Shown here: piece by piece, positions 55,222-64,000 of the stretch
How positions within the stretch are numbered: position 1 is the stretch's first letter
How the letters are laid out: each line of letters begins with the position of its first letter
DNA from: Octopus vulgaris
Taxonomy: Eukaryota
Length of the DNA: 64,000 nucleotides
Direction of reading: 5' to 3'
Assembly: GCA_951406725.2 (NCBI GenBank)
Contig: OX597816.1
Coordinates: forward strand, 157,728,001 to 157,792,000
Translations under genes and position numbers: made by a program
The notes under the pieces: generated by a model
What the model saw: only the letters and a program-made list of their open reading frames with translations
Databases searched by the model: none
What the model was told of the DNA's origin: nothing

Positions 55222-55539
55222 TATCATGCCTCAGTATCATTATTGCCACTCATTTAATAATTGATCTAGTACTTAATGGTGAGAGAGGGCTTCAACCATT
55301 AGCATATCACATTTTAACCAATTGATCATTTTCCAGGAGTTTTTTTTTTATTCAAGCTACACTGATTTTCCATGGAAAGCTCAATCAGGAAGTAGTTTCA
55401 TCAATGTCGGAGAATTATGAACCAAATCATTTGAATCTCCAGTGTTAAATACCATGTAAAGCTTAACTTTATGCAAGGAGATGATTGCATGTTTAAAGCA
55501 CAAAAAGGCAACGACCATCTAATATTTATTAAAGCAAGT

Positions 55540-55838
55540 AGGAGTGGATGTGTTGGATAAAATGCTTTGCAGTATTTGTGCCAGGTCTTAATATTCTGAG
55601 TTTAAATCCTGCCACAATCAACTTGCATTATTTTAAGATCAATTAAGGTGGCAAGCTAGTAGAATTGTTAGCGGTATTTTACCCATTGCTACGTTCCGAG
55701 TTCAAATTCCACTGAGGTCGACTTTACCTTTCATCCTTTTGGGGTTGATAAAATAAGTATCAGTTGAACACTGGGGTCAATGTAATTGACAGGTCCTCCT
55801 CCCCTAAAGTTTCAGGCTTTGTGTCTCCAGCAGAAAGG

Positions 55839-55875
<37 letters not shown>

Positions 55876-56540
55876 CAACGAACTGGTAGAATGTTAGCAC
55901 ACTGGACAAAATGCATAGCAGTATTTCATCTGTCTTTACGTTCTGAGTTCATCCTTTTGGGGTCGATAAAATAAGTACCAGTTGAACACAGTGTTCAACT
56001 GGTACTTATTTAATCAACCCTCAAAGGATGAAAGGTAAAGTCGACCTTAACGGAATTTGAACTCAGAACGTAGTGACAGGTGAAATACCGCTAAGCATTT
56101 TCTCCAGCATGCTAACAGTTCTGCCAGCTCGCTGCCTGAATAATAATAATAATAATAATAATCCTTTCTACTGGAGGCTCAAAGCCTGAAATTTTGCAGG
56201 AGAGGACCTGCTGATTACATCGACCTCAGCATTCAACTTGTGCTTATTTTATTGACCCCAAAAGGATGAAAGGAAGAATCGACTTTGACAGAGTCCCTAA
56301 ACTTGCTGCCCTTGTGGTAAAATCTGAAACCATTATTTTAAGGTCAATTAAGATGGCACGTTGGCAGAAGTATTAACATGCAGGGCTAAATACTTAGCAG
56401 CATTTTGTCCATCATTACATTCTGAGTTTGCCTTTCATCGTTTCAAGGGTCAATGAAAGGCATTGAGCACTAGAAGTCACTGTAATTAACTTCCACATCC
56501 CTCAGAATTTCTGGCCTTGTCCCAAAATAAGAAAGGATTA
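55540..56540. repeat. SINE family A cluster containing a large palindrome centred at 55990
   Basis: at least five copies in both orientations. Confidence 0.8.
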
Positions 56541-56550
56541 TTTTAAGGTT

Positions 56551-56930
56551 ATCATCATCATTGTCGTCGTTTAACTCCACTTTCCATGCTGGTATAGGTT
56601 GGACGGTTTGACTGAAGGCTGCACCAGGCTCCAATCTGATCTGGCAAGTTTCTACAGCTGGATACCCTTCCTAACACCAGCCACTCCAAGAGTGTAGTGG
56701 AGTGCTTTTTATGTACCACCGGCATGAGGGCCAGTCAGGTGGCACTGGCAAACAATCATGCTTGAACGGTGCTTTTTACATGCTGCCGGCACAGGACCAG
56801 TCAGGCGACACTGGTATCAACCATGCTCAAATGTTGCTTTTTATGTGCCACAGACACAGGTGCCAATCAGGCAGTACTGCCATCATCCGAAACAACGATT
56901 TCACTTGCCTCAACAGGTCTTTAAGCACAG
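56551..56930 (-). mobile_element. RTE 3' end (others at 15850, 28125, 28433, 29870, 43985, 53520)
   Basis: three array units and (CAT)n. Confidence 0.78.
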
Positions 56931-58676
56931 CTTAAAACAAAATATTCGTCTAGTACCAAGATCTGTGATATCAATTAACCCCTGCCACCAAAATTTCATG
57001 CCTTGTGTCAATGGTAGAAACCTATTATTATTAACTAAATCATAGGCCTTTTAATATACTTTTCAATTTTCTTCTGCCACAATATTTATAATCACTTCCT
57101 AACATCTTAGTACATCTATAATATCCAGTTGATGAAATAGCCTCCACACAATTGCCTGAGTTGCTGAAACTAGCAGACAAATCTCCCTCAAATTACATGC
57201 TACCAATGTAAAGAAGGAGACTGTAGTACAAAAAGATACAACTGACACACTTGAAGTGTGTTTCATCATAAATCTGCTGGATTCCTGTCTGATTCAAGAT
57301 TAAACTGCAAAACCACCGTTCTCAGAACTCTCGCTTAAACTCAGTCAAGATTAATATTTAAAAAGAAAGGCACCGACAAAAAAGCAGCAGTAGTTACCAT
57401 AAGATTCATTAGTCCTAAATAATATTTAGGTATGCATACCATGAATGATAAATGCAGATCAGCAAATGTCACATGCTAAGACCATCTTTTCTACCATAGC
57501 TACCATCAGAACAAAGAGGCCAATAAAATATACTGGAACTATAAAGAGTTTGCAATACCCACATGATAAATCAATGCATATTGGAGTGTATAGATTTGGA
57601 CTCAACTAGATGAAGGCAAAGAATACCTAAAGCATGAGCTTTGTTGACTGTGCTAAGTCATTTGACTAACAACCTACATGCAATCCAGTTTGATAAGAAC
57701 TACACAAGAAATTTATATACCAAGTTTAATGGCTTGCCTTCATTCAGTATGTAGCAAAAGAAATTCCAAAATGATTTTTATAGGAAGTGCACTCAAATGA
57801 CAGAGCCAGTAACTAAGCTGTCTGACGTTGAAACAAAATCAAAATCAATTTGTTGTTTCTCATCTTATGTTTACAGATACCTTCAAAGCTGCTACAAATG
57901 CTGGACTGCACTATCTCAGATTATCTTTTCTGGTGACTTCTGGCTAGAAGGATATTGAGCTTAATTTGATAACCAGCTGATCTAGCAAGCAAGGCCTCAT
58001 ATCAGTGAGGGGGGCCGGTATGCATTGATGCCGTCAAGAGGTAGGCCCCGAAACAGTGCGCATTCTCTCCTGATGACCCCATACACTTGCTGGCTTCCAG
58101 TATACGGAGCTTTTGACTGGTAGCACTTGCATGTGCAAGTTGTTTGAAAGACATAGATAATGTAGCAAAAATTGCATCCAAAATAATAATCAGCTTTCTT
58201 TCTTTGAACCAGACGCAATTACAGCTCTTGTGCAACTGCTGATGATCTACAAAGCTCATGTAAACTGGATATTGCTACCACATAAAGGGCAGTACAGCTG
58301 CTACAATCCCTAGGACATAGGTATCGGTGTTTCTCCACTCTATTCTATCACTACTACAATAGGCTCTGCTTCCCTGAACCAGCTAATTGGATATCGTCTC
58401 CAACCAAGTCCATACCCTGACACACTTATCTTTCCCCTCTTGTCACCCATTTGGAGTCTCTTCTCCCAGAGACTCCACACTGACCACTATGCCCTACCTT
58501 TACCTTCACACCTCATAATGTCAAATTTCTGATTCTCTTCCTCCCCCACCCTTAGATAATCAAATCCAACTTAAATCTTATCAGCTCCACCAATCTCAGA
58601 GGTCAAGGAATCTGCTCTATTCTCCTGACCAAGCAGAAAAAATATATAAACAGAAAAAAAAATGGAAGTTCCTTAC

Positions 58677-58776
58677 GTCATTACATTAGCTTCTTGAACA
58701 AACTGGTCAGTATATTCCATGTTTACTAACTTTTTCACAGCAACTGGCTTTGAATTGTAACAGGCTTCATACACTT
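58677..58776 (-). CDS. CSK: Csk-like tyrosine kinase exon (VAVK lysine and alphaC helix); first exon in window
   Basis: catag / gtaagg on minus; EVYEACYNSKPVAVKKLVNMEYTDQFVQEANVMT. Confidence 0.88.
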
Positions 58777-59526
58777 CTATGTATGACAATAACAATAAAA
58801 GATAAAAATAAAATAAGCAGAAAAAAAAATGAACAAAGGTGATATTAAAAAATTTTTTTAACAATTCTTTATCACTAACTTAGCAAATTGTAGTTAAACA
58901 TTGTCTTTTATGAACTTAAAAATAAAGCTTCTTATTTAATATGATTTCAATACGTTTTTCATAATGACAACTGTTATACAAAGAGTTTACTTTTCCCACC
59001 TTTACAGCAGTGATTATCTTAGAGGCCAACAGGAATATAATGGACAGTTAAGGGAATGCAACATATTTTGATTAATACACACTACTCTATATGATAACTC
59101 ACTGTTAGATTTTACTGGTCTCAACAAAGACAAGTCAAGATATATCTGGAGTTCCAGATCTGCAAACTATATAAATGTCAGGTCCACATTTTCTCTGAGG
59201 CTTATAACTCAGAAATATTTTAGAGCAGAGTTAGAAATGTTTTTCCGTAAAAATAATTCACATGAGATATGGTACATTTTATAAAATTTGCATGCATCAT
59301 TACCAAAACAGATCTATTTGCTAAAGAAAACCTTCAGCATTTGTACAAAGTGACAAGTGCAAGTGGTAAAAATGATAGCATTCAGACTGCTAACTGAAAA
59401 ATCTTCTCCACTTCATATTAAATCATTGATGTGCAGTGTACATAACCAAGATAACTAGAAATGGTTCAATTCACCTAGTTGTAAGTAATTACCAAAGATC
59501 ATTAAAGTAAGTAACAGACACAACAT

Positions 59527-60200
59527 AAAAATAATAATAATGAAATTATTGTATACAGTGCTCAGGTGCACCACAACTTGTCAAAAAGTGCGTATAAAAT
59601 ATATGCAGTAATGTACAAATGTCTGGAAAGCAAACAGTGTATGAGTCAGATACATGCTTGCGTGTGTATGGAGGGGAGAAAATCAGGTGTAGTGTTGGCG
59701 AATCTCAGGAAGCATGGAGTTTTGAAGGATGCAGTGCTCTGACAACTAACAACTGATGCTGGCAGTTTGTTCCATGCTTCAGCAACTCTCAGCGTGAAAG
59801 AATGTTTCCAAAAGTGATGGGAGCTGTGCTGTTTTCTGACTTTGTAAACATGTCCACGGGTGTTAGACAGGTGGAGTTTGAAAAGGTGCTCAGAGTTATT
59901 GTTTGTAAGATGGTTAATAATTTTATGGGTGTCTGCCAAGTCAGCTGCCAGACGTTGGAGTTTCAATGTATCCATACCCAGGGAAGTAAGGTGTTCAGAA
60001 TATGGCAAATACCTGATGGAGAGTATTCTGTTGGTTGCACGTCGCTGAACGACTTCCAGACGATTAATATCCTGGGCAAGATAGGGGTTCCAGACTGGTG
60101 ATGTAAATTCCAGGTGAGGTCTTACCATGGCTATATAAAGCCGCAGATAGATAGCTGCAGAGCGGCTCACAAAGGACTTGGTGAGTGATGCCATAGTCAA
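59527..60200 (-). mobile_element. CR1-clade LINE 3' fragment (RT C-terminus, 3' UTR, (TTA)n tail)
   Basis: LYIAMVRPHLEFTSPVWNPYLAQDINRLEVVQRRAT...RGHVYK...FTLRVAEAWNKLP. Confidence 0.9.
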
Positions 60201-60569
60201 AGAATACTTCATTAGCTGACTGTGTTTGTTAAAAACCACCTATCAGCAAGCTTGGAGAGCAATGGGTCCTGCAAAGCTGACTTTGTCTAGATATTTTTGT
60301 TAAAATAAGCTGATAACACTTCCACAATACGCAAAATATTTTAACTATTTTTTAATACAATTCCCCATAATATTTAATTATTAAAATATATGATTTTTTG
60401 AAAACAGTGACTGGCTAGGAGGGTCCATTTAAGTATAAAAGGAATAAAAGTGGTCCATATATAAAAAAAAAATGGTTGAGGAAAACTGGTCTAGATACTA
60501 AAATAAAGATGAAGTTTACAGTGAGTTTCAAACAGACATACATACATCATATATATATATATATATATA

Positions 60570-60990
60570 GTCCCTCAGGAAGCCCAACATGGTGAGGAGA
60601 GTGATTGTTGGACACCCTGTGGGATGAAAAATAGACCTGTCAAAGAGCAGAACTACTACTGTGTAGTCAGCAGACAATTCAACAAGTACCTCGCCGCGGT
60701 GAAGTGCTTGTGTGCTCCATTGACCTGGAGAGCTATGCTTGAGGGAGAGAAATCTTCAGGCAGGTCTTACCAGGCCAGACAGGTTGAAGGGTAGGAGACA
60801 GACAAAACCTTAACCATTAGAGGAGTAGGCCTCAATGACAATTCAAAGCGTCAGCAGCAGGGCATGGATTTAGTTATTGGCAGGACCTAACAGATCAGAT
60901 CCATTGCTTTGAACTAACAGGATGTCATGCAGAGGATCTTGAATACAAGACAATGGATAAGACCCTAATATTCCAAGCTAGATGGAAACT
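60570..60990 (+). mobile_element. probable non-autonomous RTE derivative (5' UTR-like part joined to ORF end)
   Basis: GCTTGTGTGCTCCATTGACCTGGAGAGCTATG..CAGGTTGAAGGGTAGGAGACAGAC resembles Expander/Rex3-type RTE 5' UTRs from recall. Confidence 0.45.
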
Positions 60991-61369
60991 GTGGGACCAT
61001 ACGGAGCAGTGCCTTACAACTCTTATAGTATGCACAACCAAAATATATAAATAGAAGTTAGATAAGGCCAGTTTCTGGTATTACACTGGGTTTCACATCA
61101 TAAAGTGCTTAGCGTTGCGGCATATCATCAGATCCCAGCCTGTTGGCTTATGGCTTCTCTAGAAAATGGAGGAGAAAAGGACCTTGCTACTCAATGTCAA
61201 CAACAAGGGATTGTCTTCTTTTGGCTGTTGATCACAAATGACCCTGTTATCTTGTGGGTTCCAAAAGGCCAGCAGGAATTTCCTGAAATGTGAGCACAGT
61301 CCAAAGACCTCCATTCTGAAGTTAAGGATGTTCCTCGAGTCAAGGGTATCCTTTAGCATCCTTGCCCAT

Positions 61370-61570
61370 TCTGCTATGCACATTTATGTAGGGGCTTAGT
61401 TTTTCTAGAATTCTCCATGATATTGTGTGTGGGATCCCATCATCCTTCAGCTGCCATACATGGCTGGCTAATGACATAATGTATCTCCTTTCTGGTATCC
61501 TGAAGGAGGATCTGTAATTGGAGAGGTTCTGCTTGAATGTGTTACCAGAGCAACAGATGTATCTGTGCTC
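61370..61570 (-). mobile_element. Penelope-like element GIY-YIG endonuclease fragment
   Basis: YICCSGNTFKQNLSNYRSSFRIPERRYIMSLASHVWQLKDDGIPHTISWRILEKLSPY. Confidence 0.75.
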
Positions 61571-61634
61571 AGGTGTTGGCAGTACTGCATCTGTTGGTGT
61601 TTTCGTTGCTGCTAATGCTGTTGTTGGTACTGGC

Positions 61635-62642
61635 ACAAACTAATATCCGCAACTGGATAAATTTTTTTACACGAAGTATTTGCAAGATTTGGCGTTCAAG
61701 ACATGATAGTGTTTGACAACGGAATGCAATTTGTATCAAGTGAATTTTAAAAATTTTGTGAAATGTTCGCAGTTGAACATGTAACTACAGTGCCATACCA
61801 TCCTAGGTCTAACGGACAGGCAAAACACTTATTTTAACTATTTTTTTAAGAAAAGCAAATAAGGGAAGCATGGATGAGGTAGCTCTTCAACATATGACAC
61901 CAAATTTGAATACAAATTGCTACCTGGAAGGAAAAGAAAATGTGCCAGGGAAGATGTAGCAAGATTTTTTAAAGTTGGTGAAAGGGTTTATCTGAGGACA
62001 TACAAAGATGGAAAGCAGAATTAGGAAGAGGGCAAAATTACCAAATACATAGGTAAAATGATGTATTGGGTAAAAAGTAGAAAAGGCATACAAAAGAGAC
62101 ACAGGAACCAACTGAGAAAGAGATTTGTGGAAAGCAAACTAAAGTCCAAGAAACCCATGGAACGATTATACAATTGTACGATATGTGATTGAACCCAGTT
62201 GTACAACTGAAAAGAAAAGAAAACATACAAAGTTCTTGAAAATAGGATGCCAAGAGAAAAAAATATTAAATTGTTTGAGAAAAAAAAAACTTAAAAACAG
62301 GGAAGTGGAGTGAATAAAAATATTATTGCTGAATAAAATGACACTTCCTAAGAAAAATTTAAAAGGAGAAATGTTGTAGGGAATTAGTATTAATGGTAAG
62401 CCCCTCCCACATGATGAGTGGAATGAGTTGGTCACTATAAGTAAGGTGATGTCGGTCAGTATTGAGAGAGTACATGTAGACTATGTTGATAGTCATGTCT
62501 GTGCTGATATAGTAATTATACTGTGATACTGAGTGGACATTATAATAATCCAACCCTTTGAAGATAATAACACAGTACAACTGAGGGGGTCATACAGTGA
62601 CAAATAGAAACATTCTATTGACAACTTTGGAATATAACAACA
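61635..62642 (+). mobile_element. Gypsy LTR retrotransposon 3' remnant: integrase, PPT and 3' LTR (62372-62642)
   Basis: LHEVFARFGVQDMIVFDNGMQFVSSEF*KFCE..TTVPYHPRSNGQA; purine tract AAAAGGAGAAA then TGTTGT...ACAACA. Confidence 0.85.
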
Positions 62643-62691
62643 TCTGTCAGAGTGACAACCATTGTACAAAGACAGATACAACATATATGTA

Positions 62692-64000
62692 CAGTATTTC
62701 ACAGAAGTATGTACTCCTGAAAAATTTCAGTAAAATTGTCATTACTCTGATAATATCAAAGGAAATGAAACGAAATTTATGCTGAATAAAATATATTATA
62801 CATGCAAACATTATACAAATTTTGAACACAAAACAATAAACATTTTCAAAGATATGAACGAAATATTAATTTTCGAATGATACAAAAATATGTACTCTAA
62901 AGGATTATTTGCTATATTCAATATTTGGTGTGACCACTCTTGCTTTCAATGACCGCATTAAGACTTATGGGCATAGAATCGGCTAAATTTCCGCATATAA
63001 CAGATAAAATTGAGCTCCATTTATCCTAAATGATGTCTTTCAACTGTGTTACATTGCAGGGTTTTTTCTCATCAATTTTCCCTTTCAAAACACCACACAG
63101 ATGTTCTATTGGGTTTAAATCAGGTGTCATGGTAGGCCAAGGCAATACCTTTACCTTTTTATCTAATAAAAACTTAATCATCATCTTTGAAGTGTGTTTA
63201 GGGTCATTATCATGTTGGAATGTGGAATGTCTCCCTAGTTCCTTAATGCTTTTCAATATTGCTCTCAATAAATGTGAATCCTCCCACACCAGCTGCACTC
63301 ATGCATCCCCAAAGCATAAGACTTCCACCACCATGTTTCATTTGTTACTATTATCTTCACCTAGCCATTGCCATATTCATTTAATACCGTCTGACCCAAA
63401 GAAATTGATTTTAGTCTTGTCAGAAAAAGAACTTTATTCTAAAATTCCTTCCTCTTACTCACATAGGTTTTGGCAAAAGAAAGACGACTTGATTTATGCC
63501 CGATTGTGAGGAGAGTCTTCCTACGAGGAATGCGTCCATGAAGACCACACTGGTTCAAACATTGGTGAATTGGTTGGGCAGATACACTCTTTCCACTAAC
63601 AGAAGACACTTCTTTGGCCAAAGCTGAAATGGTATGATGCCTGTCGTCCATCACACAATGTTGGATGTAGCGAATATCACCCACAATTAATATAGGACAA
63701 CCTGGATAATGTTCATTGTTTAGCCATCCAGTAGCTTTGTAGTTCTGAATTACTTTGTGTTCGTGCTAATATGTATTCGTTTGCTAATTAACTTGTATCC
63801 TAAACCATTCTTGTGCAAATTAAAAATAATTTTCTTCAAATCTTCAGACAATTATTTTCCTATTGGTGTCATTTTAATCACAATGAAGATTTTCACCACA
63901 TTATTCAAATCAGAATTCCTGCAGATGGGATAACAATGACTGGGGCATAAATGCCAGGAGAATAATTTACTAGAGTTCAAATTATCAGCAATATCTGAAT
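62692..64000 (-). mobile_element. Tc1 transposon fossil; transposase pseudogene 63872-62918
   Basis: MTPIGK*LSEDLKKIIFNLHKNGLGYK...GLHGRIPRRK...FQHDNDPKHTSK...WPTMTPDLNPIEHL...GHTKY-stop; TA followed by CAGTATTTCACAGAAGTATGTAC terminal repeat. Confidence 0.9.

Noticed and set aside
58000-58085. Possible hammerhead ribozyme (GGGGCC...GGCCCC-GAAAC and a nearby CTGATGA)
   Set aside because: The stem is preceded by TCAGTGA rather than CTGANGA, and the true CTGATGA cannot close stem II (CCCC on both sides)
63030-63509. 159-aa plus-strand ORF
   Set aside because: Antisense shadow of the Tc1 transposase

Overview
Eukaryotic, AT-rich, repeat-dense animal DNA; the repeat families suggest a coleoid cephalopod, probably Octopus (inference). 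Two spliced genes converge tail-to-tail. On + are the last 10 coding exons (7420-30975, about 575 aa) of trifunctional GART, covering the AIRS/PurM and GAR transformylase/PurN domains; the GARS exons lie upstream of the window. On - are the last 6 coding exons (58776-35070, about 238 aa) of a divergent Csk-like tyrosine kinase with HCDLAARN instead of HRDLAARN. All exons were assembled by hand with GT-AG sites and consistent phases. Introns and the 4-kb intergenic gap are filled with about 30 RTE-LINE 3' ends carrying a variable hairpin array, several tRNA-derived SINE families, CR1, Penelope and Gypsy remnants, Tc1/mariner fossils, and piggyBac-, hAT- and TA-flanked MITEs. Most ORFs in the supplied track are repeat-derived or spurious. 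Most notable: the accordion-like hairpin array in the RTE 3' UTR, a GART exon fragment copied into the middle of a SINE, the non-RD Csk-like kinase, and long intronic foldbacks. Repeat boundaries are approximate and family names come from recall, not database searches.
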